From NCBI GenBank assembly GCA_945883565.1, contig CAMCXO010000010.1:8019-72018 (forward strand): 64,000 nucleotides of DNA, in the 5' to 3' direction. Shown piece after piece: positions 31,245 through 40,487 of the stretch. Under the pieces are notes generated by a model. That model was not told the origin of the DNA. It did no database searches and worked only from the letters and a program-made list of their open reading frames with translations. Position 1 is the first letter of the stretch. Each line of letters opens with the position of its first letter. Source of the DNA: Chryseobacterium gleum. GTDB taxonomy: Bacteria > Bacteroidota > Bacteroidia > Flavobacteriales > Schleiferiaceae. Both the position numbers and the translations under genes were made by a program.

Positions 31245-32756
31245 ATGCTTAGTCCTGCTATTTTGGTGGTGGTAGCTATTGCCGTCATTTTTATTACCAT
31301 TTCAGCCATTGTTTCACGCTATAAACGATGCCCCAGCGATAAAATCTTAGTGGTTTACGGCCGAACCGGGGGGAGTTCAGCCAAATGTATTCACGGTGGT
31401 GGCGCCTTTATTTGGCCCGTTATTCAAGACTATGCGTATTTAGACCTCAAACCCATTTCTATTGAGGCGAATCTCACCAATGCCTTGAGCAGACAAAACA
31501 TTAGGGTGGATGTTCCGTGCAGGTTTACCATTGCCATCTCTACCGAGTCTGACAGCATGAACAATGCAGCCGAACGTTTATTGGGGCTATTGAATGACCA
31601 AATTCAAGAGCTCTCTAAAGACATCTTGTTTGGTCAGTTGCGTTTGGTAATTGCCACCATGACCATAGAAGAAATTAACTCAGACCGCGATAAGTTTCTG
31701 GACAGTATTTCCAAAAACGTTGATACCGAATTAAAGAAAATCGGCTTAAAGCTTATCAACGTAAACGTTACCGACATCAAAGATGAATCGGGTTACATTG
31801 AGGCTTTGGGTAAAGAAGCTGCGGCCAAAGCCATTAACGACGCCAAAATCAGCGTGGCCGAGCAAGAAAAAATTGGTGAAACAGGCAAAGCCATGGCCGA
31901 TCGGGAACGCGATGTACAAATTGCCGAAACCCACCGCGATCGCGACGTTAAAATTGCCAACACCGTTAAAGACCGCGAGGTAAGCATTGCGGTGGCCCAC
32001 AAAGAAGAAGCCATCGGTAAGGCCGAAGCACAGCGCGATACCCGTATCAAAACGGCTGAAGCCAATGCCTTGGCTATTCAAGGCGAAAACAACTCTAAAA
32101 TAGATGTGGCCGATAGCGATTCTACCCGCCGCGAACGAGAAGCCGAAGCCTTGCGCAAAGCCATTACGGCCGAAAAAATAACCCAGGCCAAAGCCCTCGA
32201 AGAAGCCTATGTGGCCGAGCGAGAGGCCGAAAAGGCCCGTTCTGAACGCGAGCGTGCCACACAACAAGCCAATATTGTGGTTCCTGCCGAAATTGCCAAG
32301 CAAAAGGCCATTATTGAAGCTGAAGCAGAAGCCGAACGTCTTAGGGTAAGTGCCAAAGGCGAAGCCGATGCCATTTTTGCCAAAATGGAAGCCGAAGCCC
32401 GTGGATTGTATGAAATCTTAACCAAACAAGCCGAAGGCTATGAAAAAGTCGTTAGTGCAGCCGGGGGCAGTACCAACAGCGCATTTCAGTTGCTTATTCT
32501 TGAAAAATTACCCGACTTGGTTAAAACCCAGGTGGAAGCCATCAAAAACATTAAAATTGATAAAATCACGGTTTGGGATAATGGACAGGGCGGGCAAACA
32601 GGTAGTGGCTCTACAGCCGATTTTGTGAGTGGGTTAATGAAATCTATCCCACCTCTCAATGATTTATTTGGTATGGCTGGTATGGATTTACCTAAATACC
32701 TGGGCGAAAGCCAAAAAGAAGCTCCTAATTCAAACAGCGAAAGCCCAAAATCTTGA
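31245..32756 (+). CDS. flotillin / SPFH (band-7) domain protein
   Basis: 503 aa. N-terminal TM; SPFH domain; long Glu/Ala-rich coiled-coil (EAEA) region. Confidence 0.85.
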   Translation: MLSPAILVVVAIAVIFITISAIVSRYKRCPSDKILVVYGRTGGSSAKCIHGGGAFIWPVIQDYAYLDLKPISIEANLTNALSRQNIRVDVPCRFTIAISTESDSMNNAAERLLGLLNDQIQELSKDILFGQLRLVIATMTIEEINSDRDKFLDSISKNVDTELKKIGLKLINVNVTDIKDESGYIEALGKEAAAKAINDAKISVAEQEKIGETGKAMADRERDVQIAETHRDRDVKIANTVKDREVSIAVAHKEEAIGKAEAQRDTRIKTAEANALAIQGENNSKIDVADSDSTRREREAEALRKAITAEKITQAKALEEAYVAEREAEKARSERERATQQANIVVPAEIAKQKAIIEAEAEAERLRVSAKGEADAIFAKMEAEARGLYEILTKQAEGYEKVVSAAGGSTNSAFQLLILEKLPDLVKTQVEAIKNIKIDKITVWDNGQGGQTGSGSTADFVSGLMKSIPPLNDLFGMAGMDLPKYLGESQKEAPNSNSESPKS

Positions 32757-33898
32757 AGGTAGCCCTTTTTCAAAATCGGGTACAAGGCGGTGGTCGGTTT
32801 CAGGTAAGCGCCGAAATGGTGCGGGTATTGAACCAACAAGGCATTGTGCCCGATTTTTTATGCTTCCAGAACCGCATTACGCTCGAAGAAATAAAAAAAC
32901 ACTACGGGGCAGAATTGCAATTGCGTTTCGTGAATATTCCCGAGCCTAAATTGCCTTTCGAGTGGAATATTGTAGCTTTTAATATCCTGGTATCTAAATA
33001 CCTTAAGGCATATAATTGGGCTATTAATTCTAATAATACAGCTTTTGGTCTAAAAAGTCCGGTGCCCGTTTTAAATTATGTCCACTTTCCCCGTAAATAC
33101 CGCATGCGGCAGCTCTTGCGCTCGGTGCATTTTCCGGAAGGGCCCTCAAAAAGCCTGAGCGACTGGGCCAACGACCCGTTTAAACTTCTTCACTTTCTTT
33201 ATCGTTTCAACCAATACATTCCCAAAAATGGAACCACGTGGGCCAACAGCCAATTCACCGCTGACTGTCAGGAAGAGTCCTATGGCATAAAGCCGCATCA
33301 AGTGGTGTATCCACCTGTTAACGAGGCCGAGTTTCCAAAATCATGGCAAATGGGAAGGGCCTTGAACACAGTTATCAGTTTGGGTAGATTTTCGCCCGAT
33401 AAACGGCAACTCGAGCAAATTGAATTGGCCAAACTTTGCCCCGAATTCCAATTCAATTTGGTGGGATTTGTAAACAATAAAGCCTACTTTGATCGCTGCA
33501 AACACGCAGCCGAACAAACTTCCAATGTGGTTTTGCATCCCAATTGTGAAGCCCAAAAACGAAACGAATTGTTGCAAGCGGCAGGAATCTTTTTGCATAG
33601 TTTGCGCAACGAGCCCTTCGGTATTACCACTGCCCAGGCTTTGGCAGAAGGCTGTTTGCCTTTGGTGCACAACAGCGGAGGTCAAAAGGAAGTGGTCGCA
33701 TTAAATAATCACCGATATGAGAATTTGGAAGAAGCCCGAATCAAATTGCAAGAAATCAGTAAACTGAATCATTCCGAAGCAGCCAAAAGGCTTGAAATTT
33801 TACAAAAAGACTTAAAAAGCTATAGCCCGACCCAATTTCATGGGCATTTTTTGCGTGAACTAAAGCGTATAACCGAATTAAGTCATCGTGAAGTTTAA
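32753..33898 (+). CDS. glycosyltransferase (GT4-like)
   Basis: 381 aa. Apparent TTG start overlapping the flotillin stop. C-terminal EPFGITTAQALAEGCLPLV resembles the GT4 E-x7-E region. Confidence 0.5.
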   Translation: MKVALFQNRVQGGGRFQVSAEMVRVLNQQGIVPDFLCFQNRITLEEIKKHYGAELQLRFVNIPEPKLPFEWNIVAFNILVSKYLKAYNWAINSNNTAFGLKSPVPVLNYVHFPRKYRMRQLLRSVHFPEGPSKSLSDWANDPFKLLHFLYRFNQYIPKNGTTWANSQFTADCQEESYGIKPHQVVYPPVNEAEFPKSWQMGRALNTVISLGRFSPDKRQLEQIELAKLCPEFQFNLVGFVNNKAYFDRCKHAAEQTSNVVLHPNCEAQKRNELLQAAGIFLHSLRNEPFGITTAQALAEGCLPLVHNSGGQKEVVALNNHRYENLEEARIKLQEISKLNHSEAAKRLEILQKDLKSYSPTQFHGHFLRELKRITELSHREV

Positions 33899-34733
33899 AG
33901 AAATATTGGGTCTTTGGTGGGAACAGCAAAAGCGCTTTTTACCCGAACTAAAGGCACAAGCCCGTCGTTATGGTCCTATTTCAGACGCCACCCATTTACC
34001 CGAACGCATTCAGGCTCAGGCATCGCCTATATTTGTGCTAAGCACCGGCCGCGCAGGTACACAATTTATAAGCCGATTAATGGCCTCTGTAGATGGACTT
34101 CATTGCGAGCACGAAGCCCAACCCGAATTGCTGTATACCAGCCGCTGGGCCTACGAGCATTATGGTCAAGACGATTTGTTGGCCGCAGCCTTTTTGGCAG
34201 CCCGATACGAACATATCCGCAACGCTTACTTCGAAAAAAAACGTTATCTCGAAACCAATAACCGCATGAGTTTCATAGCCTCGGGTATCGCCAAAAGCTT
34301 TCCACGGGCGGTTTTTATTCATGTTATGCGACACCCAAAAGCCTTTGTTAAAAGCGGTATGTTACGGGCTTGGTATACCGGAGAGCATCTTACCGATGCG
34401 GGTAGAATTCATCCACAAAATGCCGACAACTGGTTGAGAGAAGAAAAAATAGCCTGGCTTTGGAACGAAACCAACCAGAAAATTCTCGATTTCGGCAAAA
34501 AAATTGGCCCTGAGCGCTTTATTAGTTTTAAATCGGAAGCCCTGTTTAGCGAGCCCGAAAGCGTAAAACGCTTGTTTAACTTCCTCAAGATTCCGTATCC
34601 CGGCAATGAGTATGTATTAAGCCAGCAAGCCAAACCCGCTAACATCAGCAAACAGAAACCCGAAAGCGTAAACCTCGATCCGCTTTGGAAAACCCATTGC
34701 CCCTTGGCCACCAAAATGGGGTATAAGCTTTAA
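33888..34733 (+). CDS. sulfotransferase family protein
   Basis: 281 aa. IFVLSTGRAGTQFI resembles the PAPS 5'-phosphosulfate-binding P-loop of sulfotransferases. 11-nt overlap with the upstream GT. Confidence 0.5.
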   Translation: MKFKEILGLWWEQQKRFLPELKAQARRYGPISDATHLPERIQAQASPIFVLSTGRAGTQFISRLMASVDGLHCEHEAQPELLYTSRWAYEHYGQDDLLAAAFLAARYEHIRNAYFEKKRYLETNNRMSFIASGIAKSFPRAVFIHVMRHPKAFVKSGMLRAWYTGEHLTDAGRIHPQNADNWLREEKIAWLWNETNQKILDFGKKIGPERFISFKSEALFSEPESVKRLFNFLKIPYPGNEYVLSQQAKPANISKQKPESVNLDPLWKTHCPLATKMGYKL

Positions 34734-34815
34734 GGGCGAAATTCGGCCAAATTGTCAGTAAAATCGCTTTGGCATACCGCTTGACCATCCGCGCCTCATA
34801 AACAAACCGCAGCTT

Positions 34816-36711
34816 ATGGGACGCATACAAGTAACCGCAGAGAACATTTTCCCAATTATTAAAAAGTTTCTGTATTCAGACCACGAAATTTTTCTTCGCG
34901 AACTTATCAGCAATGCCGTTGACGCCACCCTCAAATTAAAAACACTCTCGAGACTAGGCGAAATACCCGGCGAATTGGGCGAACTTAAAATTGAAGTAAA
35001 GCTCGATAAAAATGCCAAAACCCTCACCATCTCCGACCGTGGTATTGGCATGACCCAAGATGAAGTAAACCGATACATCAACGAAGTGGCCTTTAGTGGG
35101 GCCGAAGAATTCTTAAAACAATACAAAGACAAAGCACCCGATACAGGCATCATTGGGCATTTTGGACTCGGGTTTTACTCGGCCTTTATGGTTGCCGAAA
35201 AGGTTGAAATTATTAGCCGCTCGTGGACCAGCCAGGAACCAACCAACGCGGTACACTGGAGCTGCAAAGGCGACCCGGAATTTGAAATGGGCAATGGGGA
35301 ACGCGAATTTAGAGGCACAGACATCGTGCTGCACATCAATGCCGAAAGCGAAGAGTTCTTAGAAGAATACCGCATTCGCGAACTACTTAAAAAATACTGC
35401 CGCTTTTTGCCCATTCCCATCCAATTCGGCACCAAAGAAGAAACCATTAAAACCGGTGAAGGCGATGAGGCAAAAGAAGAAAAGAGCACCATCCCCGATA
35501 TAATAAACAACGCTTTGCCCGCCTGGACCAAAGCCCCGGCCGATTTAAGCACCGAAGACTACGACAACTTCTACCGCGAGTTGTACCCCATGAGCTTCGA
35601 AAAACCTCTGTTTTACATCCACCTCAATGTAGACTACCCTTTTAATCTAAACGGTATACTCTACTTCCCTCGCATAAAGCCCAATATGGAGCTTCAGCGC
35701 AACAAAATACAACTCTACCAAAACCAGGTATATGTAACCGATAGCGTAGAAGGTATAGTGCCCGATTTTCTCACCATGCTGCATGGGGTTATTGATTCGA
35801 AAGACATTCCGCTTAACGTTAGCCGTTCGTATTTGCAAGCCGATGGAAACGTGAAAAAAATATCGGGACACATCACCAAAAAAGTGGCCGATAAACTCGA
35901 AGAGATGTTCAAAAACGACCGCGAAGCCTTCGAGAAAAACTGGGACGACACCAAGATTATTGTAGAATACGGAATGCTTACCGAAGAGAAATTCTTCGAT
36001 AAAGCCAAGAAATTTTATCTGCTTAAAGACACTACAGGCCGTTTTTACACCCTCGACGAATACCAAACCGAACATGGTAAGCTGCACGAAGACAAGGATG
36101 GAAATCAAATTTGGTTGTACGCTTCCGATGTCACCGCCCAGCATACAGGCATCGAACAAGCTCAGGAACGAGGCTACAAAGTGCTGGAAATGAAGTCGCC
36201 TTTGGCCTCCCACTTACTCGATAAGTTTGAACGCGACCTTAAAAACACCCGTTTTGCACGAGTAGACAGCGATGCCATAGACCAGCTCATTAAAAAAGAC
36301 GATCAAATGCCTGCCTTGCTAACAGAAGAGCAAGAAAAGGACCTTAAAACCTGGACCGAAGCAGAACTCGAAACATCTAAGTTTCAGGTAAAAGTAGAGC
36401 GCCTCAGCAGCCAAGACGGCCCAATACAAATATTTGTACCCGAATTTATGCGCCGAATGAAAGAAATGAGCGCAACCGGTGGCGGTTTCATGGGCATGGG
36501 CGATTTCCCCGAAACCTACGAACTAAGCGTAAACGCCAACCACCATTTGTGTGGCAAGCTGTTTGGCTTAAGCCCCGAAGCCCGAACCGAAAGCTTGCGC
36601 GAACTCATCGATTTGGCAAAACTCCAGCAAAACCTGTTACACGGAGCCGAACTCAGCGCCTTTATAAAACGCACAAGAACCCAACTCGAAGACAAACTCG
36701 CCCAGCAATAG
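34816..36711 (+). CDS. htpG: molecular chaperone HtpG (Hsp90)
   Basis: 631 aa. ELISNAVDA, DRGIGMTQDEV and GxxGxG of the GHKL ATPase; middle and C-terminal domains. Confidence 0.93.
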   Translation: MGRIQVTAENIFPIIKKFLYSDHEIFLRELISNAVDATLKLKTLSRLGEIPGELGELKIEVKLDKNAKTLTISDRGIGMTQDEVNRYINEVAFSGAEEFLKQYKDKAPDTGIIGHFGLGFYSAFMVAEKVEIISRSWTSQEPTNAVHWSCKGDPEFEMGNGEREFRGTDIVLHINAESEEFLEEYRIRELLKKYCRFLPIPIQFGTKEETIKTGEGDEAKEEKSTIPDIINNALPAWTKAPADLSTEDYDNFYRELYPMSFEKPLFYIHLNVDYPFNLNGILYFPRIKPNMELQRNKIQLYQNQVYVTDSVEGIVPDFLTMLHGVIDSKDIPLNVSRSYLQADGNVKKISGHITKKVADKLEEMFKNDREAFEKNWDDTKIIVEYGMLTEEKFFDKAKKFYLLKDTTGRFYTLDEYQTEHGKLHEDKDGNQIWLYASDVTAQHTGIEQAQERGYKVLEMKSPLASHLLDKFERDLKNTRFARVDSDAIDQLIKKDDQMPALLTEEQEKDLKTWTEAELETSKFQVKVERLSSQDGPIQIFVPEFMRRMKEMSATGGGFMGMGDFPETYELSVNANHHLCGKLFGLSPEARTESLRELIDLAKLQQNLLHGAELSAFIKRTRTQLEDKLAQQ

Positions 36712-36790
36712 GCAAGTATAGTTTAATAAACAGGGCGCCCCCACTTGGGTGTTAAATCCAAGCTTTGTTTATAAAAGTCCGGTCCCCAAG

Positions 36791-36823
36791 CGGGCCGGGC
36801 TTTACGCTCCAAGTCCTCGCCGC
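36791..36823 (+). repeat. GC-rich conserved motif, copy 1 (CGGGCCGGGCTTTACGCTCCAAGTCCTCGCCGC)
   Basis: Matches 62960..62992 at 32 of 33 nt. In both places it lies downstream of a gene's 3' end and upstream of a 21-nt-period tandem repeat. Confidence 0.8.
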
Positions 36824-36893
36824 ATTAAAAAGCCCACAACCAAACCCAAACCCGGGCGCGGCTGTGGGCTTTCCTCTTCAATCCCTGGCGCGG

Positions 36894-37460
36894 CTTCAAA
36901 CGTTAAACTACCCACGTCAAACATTCAACTGCCCGCTTCAAACGTTCAACTGCCCGCTTCAAACGTTCAACTGCCGACTTCAAACGTTCAACTGCCCGCT
37001 TCAAACGTTCAACTGCCCGCTTCAAACGTTCAACTGCCGACTTCAAACGTTCAACTGCCGACTTCAAACGTTCAACTGCCCGCTTCAAACGTTCAACTGC
37101 CGACTTCAAACGTTCAACTGCCGACTTCAAACGTTCAACTGCCGACTTCAAACGTTCAACTGCCGACTTCAAACGTTCAACTGCCGACTTCAAACGTTCA
37201 ACTGCCCGCTTCAAACGTTCAACTGCCCGCTTCAAACGTTCAACTGCCCGCTTCAAACGTTCAACTGCCGACTTCAAACGTTCAACTGCCCGCTTCAAAC
37301 GTTAAACTGCCCGCTTCAAACGTTCAACTGCCGACTTCAAACGTTCAACTGCCCGCTTCAAACGTTCAACTGCCGACTTCAAACGTTCAACTGCCCGCTT
37401 CAAACGTTCAACTGCCGACTTCAAACGTTAAACTACCCACGTCAAACATTCAACCGCCGG
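36894..37460. repeat. 21-bp tandem repeat array, about 27 units
   Basis: Unit CTTCAAACGTTCAACTGCCCG, alternating with the variant ...CTGCCGA. Head-to-tail with no spacers. Because the unit is a multiple of 3, every frame is open, which produces artefactual ORFs (LPASNVQ, QTFNCPL and AVERLKR repeats). Confidence 0.9.
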
Positions 37461-37471
37461 CTTCTCCAATT

Positions 37472-38190
37472 TTTTTACCGACGTTTTCAAATTATCAATA
37501 GACTTCAAACCTTCCCGCGCCGGCATCAAACACTCATTATTTGGCTTCGAGTATTCATCAATAGGCATTTTCAATTTTTTTACCGGCGTTTTCAAATTAT
37601 TTACAGCCTTCGAATGTTCAACGGCCCACACGGACAACGTAGAGACAGGGCATGCCCTGTCTCTACAATCGTTCATACAATCGCCCAAAAGACCAACCAA
37701 TTGAAGAAATTAAATAGCCGCAGGCTTAGAAAAAATCCATCCTAACACCCAAATCACTATAAAAAAAATAAATCCCGGCCCTTTCAGCATGGCGGCAGGT
37801 AAACAGCCGAAGAGGCTTAGTAAGACCACACGAAGGAGCTCGCCCGGCCGCACTTAGCCTCTTCAATGGAGACCAGCCGACATGATGAACAGGCCTTGAC
37901 CTTTTGCCTACTTTTGGGTCAAGCCAAAAGTAGGAAGCCCCCGCGCCGGCGATTGAGGCGCCCAGAAGATCAACCAATTGAAGGAATTCAATGGCCGCAG
38001 GCTTAGAAAAAATCCATCCTAACACCCACCAGCGTTTTCAAATTATTTACAGCCTTCGAATGTTCAACGGCCCACACGGACGATTGTAGAGACAGGGCAT
38101 GCCCTGTCTCTACAATCGTTCATACAATCGCCCAGAAGATCAACCAATTGAAGGAATTCAATGGCCGCAGGCTTAGAGAAAAAATCATTT
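37472..38190. repeat. mosaic direct repeats: two ~150-bp units (37588-37735, 38033-38185) and a ~65-bp 3' module present three times. Each large unit contains the perfect 28-bp palindrome GTAGAGACAGGGCATGCCCTGTCTCTAC.
   Basis: Direct comparison: the units are about 95% identical. Module CGCCCA(R)AAGA(Y)CAACCAATTGAAG(R)AATT(M)AATGGCCGCAGGCTTAGAAAAAATC occurs at about 37681, 37958 and 38129. A further inverted repeat CCTACTTTTGGgtcaagCCAAAAGTAGG lies at 37905-37932. Confidence 0.85.
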
Positions 38191-38259
38191 AAACAAAACA
38201 AAATCACACCAGCCCTGCGCCGTCGATTGAGACAACAAAACACCCTTCCGTACCCTAAA

Positions 38260-40428
38260 TCATAAGTTGTTCAGCACAAATTGCGTCATGCTTTTGTAAA
38301 GATGTAAACGAGTATTCCCACCATAAATGCCATGGTTTTTATCAGGATAAATAAATTGCGTAAAAGGAACATTCGCTTGCACAAGAGCCTCAGTCATACG
38401 CATCGTATTTTGCACATGAACATTGTCATCAGCGCTTCCGTGCACCAACAAATACTGCCCTTTTATCTTGTTAGCGTGTTGCAAAGGCGAATTTTCATCA
38501 TATCCATTGCCGTTTTGCTCAGGAAGACCCATATAACGTTCAGTGTAAATGTTGTCGTAAAAGCGCCAATTGGTTACCGGGGCTACCGCCATAGCCATTT
38601 TAAACACATCGGCGCCTTTGGCAAGGCATAGGCTCGACATATAACCCCCATAACTCCAACCCCAAATACCAAGGCGATTCGGATCGGCTATTTTTTGATC
38701 AATAAGGTATTTGGCAAAGGCAATTTGGTCTTCACTTTCCAGTTTTCCCATTTGGCCGTAGGTACTTTTTCTAAAATCGCGGCCCATAGCACCAGTGCCT
38801 CGGTTGTCTATAGAAGCCACTACATAGCCTTTAGCAAGCAAATGTTCGTACCACATATGGTTAAAACCGTCGTATTCGTCTTTAACGGTTTGAGAACCCG
38901 GCCCCCCGTAAACGAAGAGCAAAACAGGGTAGGTCTTGTTAGCATCGTACTCAGCGGGTTTCATAATCCAGGCACTCATGCTTTGCCCATTTAACTCAAC
39001 TTGCATAAAGGACTTTTGGCCCATTTCAAATGTTTGCAAACGCTGTTTTAGGTCGTCGTTGTTTTGCAATACCCTGAGGAGTTTATCAGTTTTGGCGCTA
39101 TATAATGTGTAGGAAGGGGGCGTTTGGCTGTTTTCGTGCGTAAGGATGTAATAGGTCATCTGTTTGTTGAATTCAAGCGCATTCCAACCGTTGAGCTTTG
39201 AAAGTTTTTGGCTTTTGCCCGAAAGGTTGCAGCGGTAAACATGACGTTGATGAGGGGCGCCTGCCTCAGCGGCTTGGTAGTAAAAGCTTTTGGTTTTAGA
39301 ATCGAAACCATAAACGGTTTCTACATCGAAGGCGCCTTTGGTAAGTTGGGTAGCTTTTTGGCTATGGGTGTTGTGCAGATAAACATGCATAAAGCCGTCG
39401 CGGTCAGAAGAGATGAGCAGGTTCTTATCGTCGATAAAGTTCAAAATGCCGGGAACTTCGAGATAGGCATTATCAGACTCTTGGTAAATGGTTTTGGTTT
39501 CCAGACTTATAGGGTCAATTTGCACCAAACGCATGTTGTTTTGGAGGCGATTCATAAGCATGGCCACCAGCTTACCGCCCGGTGTCCAGTAAATTCTGGG
39601 GATGTATTCAAAATCTTCACCCAAGTTGATGGCTTTGCTTACACCGTTTAGGGTATAAATCCATAAGCTAACCTTCGAATTGGGTTCGCCGGCCTTAGGG
39701 TATTTGAAACGGTTTTGAGCAGGATACAGGTTTTGGCCGTAAACGTCCATCGAAAACTCGGGCACCTGGCTTTCGTCGAAGCGCACATAGGCAATGTATT
39801 GGCCATTTGGCGACCATTCGTAAGCTTGGTCGGTGCTAAATTCTTCCTCATACACCCAGTCGGGTGTGCCATTAATGATGGAGTTAAAAGTGCCATCTTG
39901 GGTAATAGGGGTAATTTGGTCGCTTTTAAGGTCTTTTACATAAAGGTTGTTTTGATGCGAGAACGCCACTTTATCGTCTACTGGCGAGAAGTTGACGTTT
40001 CGAATGGGCTGGTTGTATACCGGATACAACTTATTGTTGGGTCGGTGGAGAATGTAATAAAGACCTTGTGAAGAATGGCGGTAAATGCCTTCAGTTTGGG
40101 TGGCAACCAACAAACCTTCTTCGTCGGGACTAAAGCGGTAGCTGTCTATGCCGGCCCGCAGTTCGGGAAATTGGCTGGGGTCAAGTACCACTTCGAGAGG
40201 GCTCCCATCGGCAAAGGCGAATCGTTGTAGCTTTTGGTTGTTGCCTCTTTCGCTAAAAGCAGTATAGCTAATGCCATCATCAAGACCTGTAAACCCATTT
40301 ATTCCGGCTGCATAAAACTGGTAACGTTGCCATACATCTTCAACTTCTATGGCTTTCTTTTGTGCGATAGAAAAAATAGGGAGAAAGAAGGCCGCGAACA
40401 GCGTCCATTTCAACTTGTTTAGGGTCAT
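38260..40428 (-). CDS. S9 family peptidase, dipeptidyl-peptidase IV-like
   Basis: 722 aa. Signal peptide, N-terminal beta-propeller, C-terminal alpha/beta hydrolase with GWSYGGY Ser nucleophile, then Asp and His. Confidence 0.9.
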   Translation of the reverse strand: MTLNKLKWTLFAAFFLPIFSIAQKKAIEVEDVWQRYQFYAAGINGFTGLDDGISYTAFSERGNNQKLQRFAFADGSPLEVVLDPSQFPELRAGIDSYRFSPDEEGLLVATQTEGIYRHSSQGLYYILHRPNNKLYPVYNQPIRNVNFSPVDDKVAFSHQNNLYVKDLKSDQITPITQDGTFNSIINGTPDWVYEEEFSTDQAYEWSPNGQYIAYVRFDESQVPEFSMDVYGQNLYPAQNRFKYPKAGEPNSKVSLWIYTLNGVSKAINLGEDFEYIPRIYWTPGGKLVAMLMNRLQNNMRLVQIDPISLETKTIYQESDNAYLEVPGILNFIDDKNLLISSDRDGFMHVYLHNTHSQKATQLTKGAFDVETVYGFDSKTKSFYYQAAEAGAPHQRHVYRCNLSGKSQKLSKLNGWNALEFNKQMTYYILTHENSQTPPSYTLYSAKTDKLLRVLQNNDDLKQRLQTFEMGQKSFMQVELNGQSMSAWIMKPAEYDANKTYPVLLFVYGGPGSQTVKDEYDGFNHMWYEHLLAKGYVVASIDNRGTGAMGRDFRKSTYGQMGKLESEDQIAFAKYLIDQKIADPNRLGIWGWSYGGYMSSLCLAKGADVFKMAMAVAPVTNWRFYDNIYTERYMGLPEQNGNGYDENSPLQHANKIKGQYLLVHGSADDNVHVQNTMRMTEALVQANVPFTQFIYPDKNHGIYGGNTRLHLYKSMTQFVLNNL

Positions 40429-40487
40429 AAGCGAATAAAATTTTGGTAAACCTAGTACACAGCTGCCGAAGCTAAAAACAATTTACG

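Noticed and set aside
36894-37460. Possible CRISPR array, because of the many regularly spaced short repeats
   Set aside because: The 21-bp units are contiguous with no unique spacers. No cas genes are nearby. The unit is shorter than typical CRISPR repeats.
36749-37745. Long ORFs 36749..37501, 36765..37745 (+) and 36903..37298 (-) as protein-coding genes
   Set aside because: All three frames on both strands are open only because the 21-bp repeat is a multiple of 3. The predicted proteins are pure heptad repeats with no signal peptide or credible start context, and they mutually overlap.
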